Below are positions 31,212-49,154 of a stretch of DNA of 64,000 bases, piece after piece. Within the stretch, counting starts at the first letter, position 1, and each line of letters begins with the position of its first letter. The stretch is taken from positions 7,130,001 through 7,194,000 of the forward strand of contig OZ024751.1 in assembly GCA_964016885.1 (NCBI GenBank), written 5' to 3'. A model generated the notes under the pieces. The model did not search any database and was not told the DNA's origin. It saw nothing but the letters and a program-made list of their open reading frames with translations. Source of the stretch: Eledone cirrhosa (Eukaryota). A program made the position numbers and the translations under genes.

Positions 31212-31254
31212 TATATAAAGAGAAGAGAGAGAGAGATTATTATTATTATATGGA

Positions 31255-31592
31255 TTGGCAGTATCGTTAGAGGGTCAACCGCCATGCTTTGCAGAATAGA
31301 GTTTAGGCCCTTTATGGTGTGAGTTCAACTCCTGACGAGGTTAACTTTGCCTTTCATCCTTACGGGGTCGATAAATAAAATACCAATCATGCGCTGGTTT
31401 TCTGGCCTTGTACCTATATAAGAAACCATCGGTAGAGGGTCGGACGCCATGCTTTCCAGCATAGTTACGTCCCTTTACGGTCTGAGTTCAAATGGCATCC
31501 AGATGAACTTTGCTCTCATCCTTACGGGGTCGATAAAATAAAGTACCAGTAATTTTCTGATGATTTTGTTGGCCTTGTGCCCAAAGTAGAAA
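31255..31592 (+). mobile_element. Two tandem SINE copies with Nin/Deu-type central domain
   Basis: B-box-like gagttcaa followed by aactttgcctttcatccttacggggtcgataaa...tacca, twice; relics also inside both arms of the 28986-31211 palindrome. Confidence 0.75.
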
Positions 31593-31611
31593 TAACAATC
31601 ATATATATATA

Positions 31612-33085
31612 TTGTTTAGGTAATCCAGTTAGAGGTTATGAGTTCTCTGTACTATGGATAGTTTTAACGTACGGCGTCGTTTGACTCAAGAAGAGGTTTC
31701 CTTAGATAGGTAGCAAGTTTGCGAGAATTCCCATGTAGGTTATTCTTGGAGTAATATTACTGAAAGATTGAAGAATAACATGGTCCGCTGTACACAAAGG
31801 ATTTTATTTACAGTATTAACAATTGTTTCATTGATCAGGTGAGTCTAAAGGCCGCTAATCACAAGGATGGCCTCAAATACATACAGGATAGAGACAGCAA
31901 CTACAAACCTAACAACTAGCCTACCTTCACCTATAGGAGTAACAAATATAGAACTAAACATGGAAATAGGCAATGAGTACCAGAAATAACCGAACCGAAC
32001 AATTATATAGAGACCACTAAAAACAACAGAAAATCCAGAGATAGTAAATATTTATGGTTCAATCTAATCTTCAACTACTCTATATAAACCACCCTACCTT
32101 CTACATTCTTTAAACTAATTGAGAAACACTTCCCTAAACTACACAAACATCATAGAATTTTTAACAGAAGAACTATCAAACTCTCTTATTTTACTGCAGC
32201 CAACATAGAATCACGCATACATAAAATCAACTATAAAAGAATATCTAAAGAAAATAACCTACCAACATACACCATAGCACCAAATACAAAACGGAAACAC
32301 ATAACAGCATCACAACCACACACACATCGCAACAAAACATCAATAAACCTAAATCTCAACCCATCCCTAACAACGTACAAAACCGCAACGGAGAACCTGC
32401 ACAGAGGAAGACCTCCAAGTGTAACTGCCACCTGTCGGATAAATGCCCACTATAATAATAGATGTCTGGAATCAAGTATAGTGTACCTGTTTACTATCAA
32501 ATAAGGCAACTTAGCATGGCATTACATAGGTTCTACTGCTGGGCAATAAAAAAAAACATGGGATGTACATAGGCATTCTATAAAAAACAGTAGACTAGAG
32601 AACTCCACGACGCTGGCTAATAAGATCTGGCAAATTAAGGACACCAACCAGAAATATAAGATTAGCTGGTCGAAGTTATCGACTGCAAGGGCCTACAAAA
32701 ATGGAATGTCCCACTGCGGACTTTGCAATATTGAGCTGCTCCATATTTTAAAGTATGATAAAATGCTGCCTAATAACAAAATAGTACGATCCATTTTATG
32801 TAGGCACAAAGCAGCTACCAAGTTCTCTAACTTGAAACCAGCATGATTCGATCCAGCAATATCAGAATTCAAGCAGAACCATCCGGGTTTTAATGTACTA
32901 GTTTCAGACCACTCCACTGTTATTAGCTGTCAACTGACCAACCAATCATTAAATCAACATCATAAATCTCCCAACATTTATTCCACTCACTCTCTATAAC
33001 CGCATCACTTCCATTAAGATGAAACAATCAGTCTGCCAGACCTTAATCACCCATATATCATCACTACCCCTTTCACTTTTTATTC

Positions 33086-33174
<89 letters not shown>

Positions 33175-33805
33175 TTACTCTTTCACCGTCCTTAGTTCTA
33201 CCCCTTATGTCTCATCCTCGAATCCTTATCCTCATTCTATGTCTCCTGTCTCTTATCTCTTCCTCTCTTACTTTTTTTAATTATAATTTTTTATTTTAAT
33301 CCTCCGAGATTTGATTAAACCTCTTATATTTATACTACATATCATGTATTTTTTTTATTTCTTTTCATGTTATTGTTATCATTACTGTTATGACTATTTT
33401 ACACTTCCACTTACTGACCATCATATCTTCAACTAACACCAACACTACTACTATTATCAGCAATCTCATTCTGTACTTATCTTTTGCTTATTTTTTAAGT
33501 CCCTATCATTTTCATTCTAACGCCTTTATTATTATCTTTTATTATCTTTTATTATCTTTTATTATCGATGTTACTGTTTTCACTCACTTGATTCTCCGAT
33601 GTATCTATAAATACCAATGCCATGTGTTACACCCTCCAATATTCCGATAATCTGATCAGAGACACACACTGTATTTAAGATCGAGTGGTGTAACTTCGAG
33701 TGATTAGCGGCCTTTAGACTCACCTGATCAATGAAACAATTGTTAATGGTGTAAATAAAACCCATTTTGTACAGCCGACCATGTTATTCTTCATGTTTTC
33801 ACTAC
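31612..33805 (+). mobile_element. Degenerate Naiad-type PLE 3' part with inverted terminal repeat
   Basis: WFN, LIEKHFP, CNC...CPL, YYIGS, CGLC, LCRH in ~32050-32850; ~31770-31862 is the inverse of ~33700-33795; decayed HHR CCGATAA...GAAACaattGTT. Confidence 0.88.
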
Positions 33806-34158
33806 TATATATATGTATGTATATATATATATATATATACGATATATTAACAAATGGAAACTATATTTATAAAACCATATTTATTTCATTATACATAATT
33901 CAATGACACCAAGTCAAATTATGGTGCGCTTTCATCAGATAAAATATAATATAGATCAGTTTTATAAATAAATATTGACATACCCATAATTTGACTTGGT
34001 GTCCTTGAAATATCTATAATGAAATAAATATAGTTTTATAAATATAGTTTCCATTTGTTAATATATCGTATTTTTACTCCAATAATTTGTTGAGTGCTTT
34101 ATATCAGTTATACAAATGTTTGCTTGTTGTATCCCAACAATTTAAATATAAATTTTAC

Positions 34159-34245
<87 letters not shown>

Positions 34246-34341
34246 ATATGTATATGTAGTATATGTATATATATATATGTATATAAATATATATATATCA
34301 ATAATATTAATAAATGGAAGCTATCTTTATGAAATTATATT

Positions 34342-34402
34342 TATTTTATTATACATATTTCAAGGGTACAAACATTTTGGTCCGCACTCATCAGATAAAA
34401 TA
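34342..34402 (-). ncRNA. Type I hammerhead ribozyme
   Basis: tattttat CTGATGA gtgcggaccaaaatgtttgtaccctt GAAAT atgt ATA^ataaaata. Confidence 0.8.
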
Positions 34403-35011
34403 CAAGAGTTGGTTTCAAGATAGTGACATATTCAGAAAAGAACGTAATGATGTGAGTTCTATTTGAATAGTGAAGAAAAACTTCAAATTCCGGGCGTACA
34501 TGTATGAACGTAAGCACACAAGCTACTCTCTATGTATCTGTCCGTATTTCTGTGATGTGCGTGTGTGTGAGTGCGCGCGTGGGAGTATGAGCTGGTAAAC
34601 AGCAGTAATTTTGCCGACGGGACAGCGGTTGAGTGACAGCTCACGCCGTGATGGTCAGTGGTCAGAATAATGATGACGTCACTAACCGGTAACCAACGCA
34701 AGGGCGCGCAAACGGATGAAGGTGGACGATATAGACCCGTAGGATGAGGATATGATCCGAAATCAATAGACGTGTCTGAGGAACCTGCGAGTCTAGAGTC
34801 ACGTCGAACCACACATGGATGGCACCTCGAGCCCTTCGCAGGGGAAACAATTGTAACGCACAATAAATTGAGTTGCGATGCATCACTGATTTTTCATTTT
34901 CCATTATATCATACTCTGCTCCTTAGGAGCATAGAGTGCTCAACCGGCATATCGCCTATGGAAGCATCTTAGCTACCATTAGACATATATATATACATAC
35001 ATATATATATA

Positions 35012-35620
35012 TGGTGGCTGCCAACTCGTTTTCGAGTACGGCCACTACTTTATAGCCATGTAGGAGAACCCCTACCGATGCGGTGAACGAGTGTGACTTT
35101 TTAGTCCAGCCAGCGACTTGAAAACTCTGGTACAAACACTACACTTGTGACAATTATTGACACATGGTGCTGGGCCCATGGTACCATTTGACGACAAGTG
35201 CAGAGAGATCTCCAGATATAAAGCAATGCCTGTGCTGTGAAGCTTTTATAGTGAGTAAAGGCACTGCACAAAGCCAGTTCCACTCTCTTAACCAAGAAGA
35301 TATTTACCAAAAAGAAGAACAAGTCAACATCATTGCATACCATCAGGGTTGCAGGTGTTATATCAGAGTTTTCCTTCTCCTAGAATTCTGCCTTGACAAA
35401 GGCTAAGAGGTTATCTCTCCCGGTGATTTTGGATGGCCATTGACTCTTAAGAACTCCTTTGCCCTTTGACAGGTTTTGTTTTTAGTCCTGCAGGATGTCC
35501 AAAGCCACCCTCCCCATCAAGAAACCTTGGTGGGGTTGCCACTTTAGTCGTCAACGACCCGACCATGAGACAGGTTGTACTGGGATACATGTTACCAGTA
35601 GCACCAACTGGTGACCTCAC
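35012..35620 (-). mobile_element. Probable non-autonomous RTE-related element
   Basis: GC-richer insert between (TA)n tracts; ttttccttctcctag...gccttgacaaaggct resembles the reverse complement of RTE 5'UTR motifs (from memory); structured 5' end. Confidence 0.45.
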
Positions 35621-35690
35621 ATATATATATACATACATATATACTTACATATATATATATACATAGATATATATATACATACACACACAC

Positions 35691-35723
<33 letters not shown>

Positions 35724-36346
35724 CATATATATATACATACATATATACACATATATATACATACTTAGATAAATATATATACATAAATACATATGTATAT
35801 ATGTATGTGTATATATAAATATATATATATGTGTGTGTCTGTGTTGGTGTGTGTAAACACACAGCCCTAATGTACTGTACATGTATGTGTGTGTCTGGTT
35901 GCTTGTCGATAATTTCCTCCTATATTTTGCAATAATTGTACGAATCTGCCATGTTCTCTATTTAATTGATGTCGCATATACTATTAGTTTAGCAATCATT
36001 AGTGACCAATAACTGCTAAATAGCCGGCTACACTATTATATTATTTCTTAGCAGACACTCAGAGAATAAATGGAAAATATAGTTACATATAATGCAAAAC
36101 TAATGTATCTTGTTTCAAGGGATCTTCCAAATCTTTTCATATTCTGATATATTTGCTTTCGTTTTCTATGGTAACTATTATAGAATATTGATATACGTTG
36201 CTATATGAAGACTTTATGTTTCTACCACATTTTGGTGTATAATTGATAATTGAGTGAAGACACTTAAGAGACGAGACTACACTCTACTATTATCAATTCA
36301 AACATGACTTATTTTACTGATCACTTTTAGGGTGACTTATTTTAAC

Positions 36347-36554
36347 AATAACACACCTCTACATACACAGATACAGGCATATGAGCAGGCTCAAGTAAAC
36401 AAATAGACAAATGTACACACATATACTTATCCAGAAAAGGAGACATATCTTCGCATAAATATGAATTGTGAAACGATATACAATAATGTTTCTATATATA
36501 CATACATATATACATATATATATACATACACACATATTTATATACATACATACA

Positions 36555-36588
<34 letters not shown>

Positions 36589-36680
36589 CATACATACATA
36601 CATACATACATACATTTATCTATTTGTTTACTTGAGCCTGCTCATATGCCAGTATATGTGTATGTAGAGGTGTGTCATTG
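36347..36680. mobile_element. MITE-like element with ~68-bp inverted termini and internal (TACA)n
   Basis: 36347-36414 is the inverse of ~36611-36680; target duplication not resolvable. Confidence 0.65.
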
Positions 36681-36688
36681 ATAAAGTT

Positions 36689-37440
36689 GTGCATGGATAC
36701 TTGAGACGTAAAACACAGACCATAGAGGGGATAAACCACTCAAAAAGCCTGGCATGGAGTTCCGACAAGTTTATGACGTCACACCTTGAGGGATGTCTCT
36801 ATGCAATACAGGAACAAGAACTCCCTACCAAATATCTGCTGCACAAAATGGGAGGGCCATCAGCTGACAATAAATGTAGGCTATGTAAAACAAAGATCGA
36901 GGATGTAAGCCACATTGTTGCCAGCTGCGAAAGAATGTCATCTCGCTACTATCTCCCCATGAGACACGATTGGATAGCTAGAACCATCTGGAACGCACTT
37001 CGGAAAACAAAAGTTAACAACAAACGAGGAAGAATATATTGAGACAGATGGCACTAAGGAATACTGGTGGAACCTGAAAATAAAAACTGCCACCAAATTA
37101 AAGCACAACCGGACTGATATTGTTATTTGGGACCACACATTGAAAACGTGTTCTGTTGTGGAGATCAGCTGCTCACTTGTGTAAACGTTGTCAGAAAAAT
37201 ACAGGAGAAGGAGGACATCTACGGACCATTGATGAGGAGTTTACAAATCCAGTATCCAAGATACACCTTTAGCTTCATACCCATCATTATTGGAGATACC
37301 AACCCGCTTGGACCAAAGTATGACTGAACTTGGATTTGCGGACAAAGAGCGCAGCTCCCTAATTCATAGTCTGCAAATGGTTGCGATAGCTGGCACCTTC
37401 AAAATTTGCAAAATATTCTTGCGATTCAAGGGATGACAAT
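36689..37440 (+). mobile_element. Decayed 3' fragment of an R4-type LINE (restriction-like endonuclease)
   Basis: MHG...AIQEQ...CRLC...HIVASC...RHD, then HNRTDIV, IPIIIG in shifted frames. Confidence 0.85.
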
Positions 37441-38123
37441 TTCTTTTCTTTTACAATCTTGCCACCAGGAAGGTGGCCGGTCAAAAAAATATACTCGAAA
37501 TTAAGAGAAAGAGATAACATACATACATACATATTTATATACATACAAGCATACATTTGCACGACTTGCATATAAACACATTTGTTCCTTTCGATACTTA
37601 TCTCAAACATTCTCTAGAGGATGGTAATATGGAAACATGAATCATCTTTGTCAAACATATAACATATGATGAATGATACATCAGAGACGCAATTAGTAAT
37701 TAAAGGAGCTTTTAAAATTAGATGATTACTTGTTCCTCAAGGGTGATGTTCGGTAAAATGACTCTATATCATTGATACTTTCAATACATAATATATAGAG
37801 TATGGTCTCTGCCTGTATTGGATTCACCAATGAACTGAATTATATATGGACGATGGACGACTGGTGTTTTGCTTCATAACAATTTCGTTTCGTGTTCAAT
37901 CATATTCTGTTCCTTTTTAGACCAGTAATCTCCCGCTGTTGCACAGGGTCGACGCAATGATTTTGTTCCTTCTATTATTTTTCACACAAACAAATACATT
38001 TTCTCGGCTTAATGCACACTGCGATCCAACTACGAACCGTATGCTTAAGAAGATAACTTCGTGTAGCTACCTTATTGTACAATTGTAAACAGGCACGCAC
38101 TCACGCCCACTTACACACATATA

Positions 38124-38230
<107 letters not shown>

Positions 38231-38704
38231 ATATATATACAATGTATATATGAGGTGGGGTGTTGACCAGTGCAACCAAGTTGTTAGAGATGATAGGCGT
38301 GGGCTAAATTCCGCTGGTGATTTCTCAAATCTGAATCATAACGTTGTTGTTTTTTATTTATATGTATCTCTCCCAATGAGGCTACGTATTTCCTGTGATG
38401 ATTGATCCGTTACATATGAATTCTTTTAAGTTGATAGTCAAATAAGCATCTACAGTATTAATGAAATCTTTACGATAAATACCGTTAAACATTTAATCTG
38501 ACACTGTACAGGATTTGCTAGTTTAATTCCATTTTAAAGATATGCATAATAGACCGTGAGGAAAACTTGACATGATTTTAATTTAAATAAATTAATGTTA
38601 TAGCAACATTTAAATTCTTGTAACGAGGTGTAGTCTTGGTTTGCATAAGCTGTGGACGCTTGTCAGATGATTATATACATCAACAGTCCTAACAAATACT
38701 CAGG

Positions 38705-38960
38705 TATTCGTGGTTAGAATGTCTCACGAAAGAATCGCTGGACATATTTTACTAGCAAAACCAACCGTCATGAATCCCAGTGGGAGATCGCGAGCAAGAT
38801 GTGTGGATCAAACCCAGGAGCCTGGCCGGTCTCGCTTGGGCATCCAGCCGGATCAGTTGGGGACGGTTGTTTCTGGTGCGACCAATTGGAAGGAGTGTTT
38901 AAGGACACTGCCACCACGACCCTCTTAGGACGAAGAATCGAAGTGGAAGAACAAGAAGTG
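38705..38960 (+). mobile_element. RTE-clade LINE C-terminal fragment
   Basis: VRMSHERIAGHILLAKP...GRSRARCVDQ...LG...W...LPPRPS is typical of the RTE ORF end. Confidence 0.7.
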
Positions 38961-39753
38961 TTGTTGGTAATATTTTGCATGAAGTAAATTGAGATTTGAC
39001 TAATGAATGTTTTAAAGGCACCCCAGACGTGCCGATACCGTCTTTACTCAGGTTGTTAAATATAATCATTGCTTTTGACATATGAAGTACTTGAAGCAAA
39101 TGCAGAGAAACAATATTTGCCACATAAACTTCTTTTGAAATATATTAATCCGATTTTATTTGAACGTCGAAATCAATTCTGCAAATTTAATATGTGATAT
39201 TTAATAAGGCTTAAAATGTAATCATGTCGGTGAAAAAGTCCCCCAGCAATATTACCTCTTTTCATTAAATGTATGTAAATTATGAGATGGATAGATTGTT
39301 CAGTCTAACTGATATGAATTACAGACGACATGTATAAAGCATGAAAAAGCTCAGGGCTGAACAAGAGAGGAATACTTTGCCTTTAAATCTTTGAATATAA
39401 ATGACTACAATCATCAGCAGATGCGTGAGGTCATTTTCGCAGTCTTGTATTTTATTGGATAAAAGAAATATTTGCCTATCCTTAGGTAGTATTAACAAAC
39501 ACATGTGGTTTAAAGTTTAATTATGATCGATAAAACAATATAGAAATTCGAGATATTTGCTCTTTATAGCTATAAACGTTATTAAATGTATTGTTGCATA
39601 TATTTTTGACAATCCCTCAATCTCCATTTTCTATCAATTTAGTTTTAACAATTAAAGTAAGAAACTGTTGAATACAATAGGCGACGATGTGTTTAGACAT
39701 AGCGTAAATAACATCATGCATATATATTTCTCTCTACATGTGCCTATAAATAA

Positions 39754-39859
<106 letters not shown>

Positions 39860-40011
39860 AGAGAGTTAATGTATTATTCAGTTTCCATTAGTGTAATCAA
39901 TTAATTTGATTGTGTAACAAGGATCAGAAATCAGGGTCATGCGAAAAAATGTTATTCCCACTCTTCAGGACTGTGATGTCTTGAATAATAATGTGTTGTA
40001 AATGTCCATAA

Positions 40012-40104
<93 letters not shown>

Positions 40105-40115
40105 ATATATATAAT

Positions 40116-40153
<38 letters not shown>

Positions 40154-40247
40154 TATATATAATTATGTCTATATATATATATGAATATATGTCTCTCTCT
40201 CAATATATGCCTATATATATATATATGTCTATATACAATTATATATA

Positions 40248-41115
40248 TAGTGGTGGAACACTGGAAGGTAATATCCGTAGTGGTAGAGCACTCAGTCCAA
40301 GGGACGAGTTAGGTAGAAGTGGTTACACAACAGTTAGTTCACCATACCGAGAACAATTGTTTCACCTTCGCGGATCTTCAGCTCGGGATGTGTATGGTTA
40401 TAGGAACAGGAAGGACAACCGCACGAACGCGCATGCGCAGAAACTCGGTCACTTCACACAGTCAATACTAGACTGCGTGCGGGAGGTGTAAGGGAGATAA
40501 CTGCGAAAGTCCGGAAAGTTTTTAGGTTGAAAATAAAATAAAAGAATTAAAAATAAAATTACAAAGAATCAGTCCGGAGCCTTGTAGTTATGCAATAGAT
40601 GTTTGGTGACGTGTGGGCAACATGTGAAAAATTCACTTCTCAGGTTTAGGCAATCACTATTGCGTAATTTCTTTAGGATAGTTATTCGTTCGTCAATACA
40701 TAAGCCACACGTCGGATTTCCCATTGCGTATTGCTTGGACATCGTGATGGCTTTCCATTGAATGGAGTAGTCTCTACTTGAGTCCTTGAGGGTCCATACG
40801 TGACTCGCGAGTTTCGTGGATGAACGTCTGTCTGGGTATCTGGTGGTTCAGGAAACGCTCCTTGAATTGGCCCTCCTCTATGCCCACGTAGGATTTGACC
40901 TCATGTGGTTCGTTTGGTCGGTTGGAAATGACCTCAGCTTAATAGATTACATCTGGTGTGTTGCATTGCTGTTGAAGGGGTCAAGCTTCATGCCTACGAC
41001 AAGAGCACCCTGGTGGGGTTGTTGCTCCTAGGGCTGCTGGTGATGTGGGCCTTCATTTTCTTAGCGCAGGAGTATTCTAGTTTAACTTTGTGTCGGTTAA
41101 AGATGGAGCGGTATT
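40248..41115 (-). mobile_element. Decayed Naiad-type PLE 3' end (Zn-finger + GIY-YIG + HHR repeat), missed by the ORF track
   Basis: Manual translation: CSCRRHEA*PLQQQC...VIY*AEV...SYVGIEEGQFKERFLNH...STKLASHVWTLKD...CGLCIDERITIL...LNLRSEFFTCCPH; HHR at 40347-40386. Confidence 0.9.
40347..40386 (-). ncRNA. Minimal type I hammerhead (second copy 42345-42384)
   Basis: ccgag CTGAAGA tccgcgaaggt GAAAC aatt GTT^ctcgg. Confidence 0.85.
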
Positions 41116-41307
41116 TATGACCTATATGTATACAGACGTACAGTAGTATGTATATATATATACATAGATGCACATATATATATATATATGTAAGAATTCA
41201 CCGAATATTTATTATAATACTCGGTGTGTTTGTAAACAGACATCCCGTATTAAGCGGTACAGTGTCTAGCAACCATCGTTGCTCATTTGTTCAACACTGA
41301 CAAAGGA

Positions 41308-41350
41308 ACGCTGTACTAGTTTCAAGCTTATTAGCTATCGTCAGCAACGT
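41308..41350 (-). ncRNA. Minimal type I hammerhead
   Basis: acgttg CTGACGA tagct aata agctt GAAAC ta GTA^cagcgt. Confidence 0.85.
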
Positions 41351-41419
41351 ATACCTTCCTGCCAGATGGTTGAACGTCTGAAAGTATATACCTTCCTTAT
41401 ACATATTAACGGCTGATAT

Positions 41420-41562
41420 ATATACATATATATTTATACGTGTATATATATATATATATATTTATATATGTGTGTGGGTGTGTGTATATATGTGTATATA
41501 TATGTATGTGTGTATGTATGCGTATATATTAGTATATATATGTGTATATATGTGTGTATGTA

Positions 41563-41606
<44 letters not shown>

Positions 41607-41733
41607 CATATATATTATAGATACACATACATACACACATATATACATATATATACAAACATATATATATATACACATATATATACTCACATATACATAC
41701 ATATATACATAGATATATACACACACATATATA

Positions 41734-41826
<93 letters not shown>

Positions 41827-41858
41827 TTATATAGACATATATACATATATATATATAC

Positions 41859-41889
<31 letters not shown>

Positions 41890-42205
41890 CATATATACGC
41901 ATATACATATACATACACACATATATACAGATATACATATATATACATATAAATATATACACATATACACACATATATATATATATATATACATATACAC
42001 ACACATATATAAATATATATATATACACATATTCACACATATATATATACACACCTATACATATATATATATATATACACACATATATACATATATATAT
42101 ATATATGCACACATATATAGATATATAATCACACATATATACATATATATAAACACACACACACATATATATACACACGTATATACATATATGTATATAC
42201 CCAGA

Positions 42206-42285
<80 letters not shown>

Positions 42286-42307
42286 CATATATATTTATAT
42301 ATATATA
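41420..42307. repeat. Compound (TA)n/(CA)n microsatellite, representative of dozens in the window
   Basis: Direct reading; other long tracts include 3870-4016, 5530-5990, 7685-7886, 8695-8893, 10256-10552, 18532-18727, 19978-20166, 22697-22932, 51113-51490. Confidence 0.98.
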
Positions 42308-42835
42308 GAGTCAGAAGTGGTTTCTCAACAGTTAGTTCACCATATCGAGAACAATTGTTTCACCTTCGCGGATCTTCAGCTTGGGATGTATATTGTTATA
42401 GGAACAGGAAGGACATATATATATATATGCGTCTGTGTATTTAAAACATATATCTGTTAGAATTGTCTACGACATTAATAATTCCAATAAAACCAACAAG
42501 TCATTTGTACGATATAAAAGTAAAAAAACACTGTAAACACGTACAATTTCCAGACCGCAAAAAAGAAATCAATAGATATTTTTTAAAATATGTACATCAA
42601 AGCTTAATCATGTATTTTGTTATGTTTATTCGAAATAGTACAGAATAGTATAAATATTTTATTTTCAATAATCAGTAGCAACTTAATGAACACTATTGTC
42701 TGAAGCATAACTACCTTGAAATGTATAAAGATAATATAAGACAAGGTTGCGTGTGTATATATATGTATGTGTGAGTGTGTGTGTGTGTGTGTGTGCACAT
42801 ATAAATATATATGCGTTTATATCTATATATATATT

Positions 42836-44134
<1,299 letters not shown>

Positions 44135-44149
44135 ACATATATATATATA

Positions 44150-47135
<2,986 letters not shown>

Positions 47136-49020
47136 AGAGGATTGGATAGCTTCTATTCCTAGGTTGTGGGGGATGTTGGAGAACCAACTACATCGAACGT
47201 CACTAGTAGGGTTTGTTCAGAAAGGGGCATATTAGGGAGGTGATTGAGCATATCTAGGTCGTCCCTTATATAGCTTTTGATGTGTTTGAGAAAAGGCTTG
47301 AGAAGGGTATCAATGAAGTTGCTAAGGCGGTGGGTTTCGCAAGCGGGGCCTGCTATTATAGGTCTTAATTTCAGATCATTGGGGGAGGGGACATTGATGA
47401 CTATGTCTGTGGCATCCTTGCATGCCTTACTTATTAATTCGCTTTTATGTACTTTAGGGATACCGTAGAAAAGGCTGGATTTACTTGAGAAGTCTGTGAT
47501 GAAGCTGAATTCCTTGTTAGTGAGTCCTTCTTTGTATTGGTTGATCAGAGTTTTTAGATTTCTCATAATTTTCTGTTGATTGTAGTGTTCAACCTTTTCG
47601 TAGTATGTTTCGTTTTCCAAAGTGGAGATCGCTAAGTTGATATAGAATTCTGTCTCCATTAGGACTACTGTACTCCCTTTATAAGCCTCTTTAATTGTAA
47701 TGGTTCTGTCGGTTTTTAATCTATTTAATTCTTCCCACACTTTCTTGTTGAGGTTTGGCTTGTGTTTTTGTCTGTGCAACTGTTGGTAAGGGAAGTTTGT
47801 GATGTGTTCACAGAATTCGTCCACGATTTTATTTCTACCTTTTGATGGGGTGTAATTGCTTCTATTTCTGGCTAATGATTAATCCTCATTGTACTGGTCG
47901 AATAGTTCTTCACTGAGTCGTAACTTTCTACAGAAGTCTGTGGTGTCTTCCTTCATCTCATAGTAGTTAGGACGTAGTGGGGTCGGTGTGAATTTAAGAC
48001 CTTTGGAGAGTAAGTTGATAAGGTTAGGTGTTGGTTCTGCACTAGTTAGATTGATAATGTTTATTACTATCGCTTTCTCCTCCCTGTCTTGTGTTATCTT
48101 GTTTGCCTGTATCTGTGTGCTGTGTCTAAAAAATGGTTGGGGTAGAGGGGTTGTCTGCGGATGTTAAGTGGTCTCCTGTGTTTGTTATATTCCTTGTTGT
48201 TGTAAAATGTGGTTCGGGTTGGTGGTTGTAGATTGAATGGGGTGCTCCTGTACTGCGACTATGGGTGTGTGTTTACATGTGCCATGTTGGATTGTGGTGT
48301 TATAGGTTCTACGTTGTTGGTTGTATCGTGTGGTGTGGGTTTGTTGTGTATTGTGGAAGCGAGAGTTGAGAAAATGGAAATTACCTTGCTGTCCCCTTGA
48401 AGCGGGGAAGTTGTTACATCTATCATGGTGGTGGTATCTTTTCCCTATGTTTGACGATGAGGGATCCGCGTAGTAGTTGAGTAATTTGGTATGGTGTCTC
48501 CTTGAAGGGGGAAAGTTGTAAATGTCATTCTGGGGGAGATGATTTCTAGGGTTTTGTTCCTTCTTATGGTCGCGAGGTTGGGAAGTTCATCTTCGGTGTG
48601 GTGCTTCCTTCTTCGTTTGTTAGTGGCTTGGGGGTTTGCGAAGTTTTTGTGCGGTTCAGTTATGGGTTTTCCTATTTTTATGAACGGGTTATTGCAGGTG
48701 TAATCCATTTGAAAATTCGATTCATAGTGTAGGAACCAATCGGTACTTTTTTCCCAGCGTTGAAGGGATTTCAGTTCTTCTCTGTTGCAGTCCCCTTTCC
48801 ATAATTTGGAGATCTTGTCTACCTTGGGGCCTTCAGTTTTATTGTTAATTTCCAGGAGGATCTCTTCATCGATGGTTTTGATTTTTTCCTCATTTGTCTG
48901 GGCCCTCAATTTAAGAAGTTCAATTTCTGTCTTCATTTTTTCCAATGCCATTCTTTCCCTAAGGTGTCTTTGAGGTTCGGGTTCATTTGGAATGGACTTT
49001 AAAAGCTTAGAAATGCGCAA
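47136..49020 (-). mobile_element. 5' half of a different (Neptune/Poseidon-like) PLE: upstream ORF plus N-terminal RT
   Basis: INLT...LLSKGLKFTPTP, IKEAYKG (DKG motif), FYGIPKVHK, LRPIIAG, YIRDD, LVTFDV...SNIPH; helical upstream ORF from 49020. Confidence 0.9.
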
Positions 49021-49154
49021 CCGGTAAAACTTAAAACCAAAACTGAATACTAAGCAATGCCATTACTAATTCTCACTTATTCCTAATTAAACTATTTTTC
49101 ACTGTGAACAATTTGTCAGCATTTTCTTTTCCGTTTACCAATATATATATATAT

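Noticed and set aside
31255-31340. tRNA gene
   Set aside because: Only degenerate A/B-box-like SINE head; no cloverleaf
34560-34860. CpG-rich patch with TGACGTCA as a promoter
   Set aside because: No adjacent gene; a single motif is not evidence and the patch may be TE-derived
39320-39432. Possible host exon (ag...EEYFAFKSLNINDYNHQQMRE...gt)
   Set aside because: In-frame TGA, weak donor site, no recognisable homology
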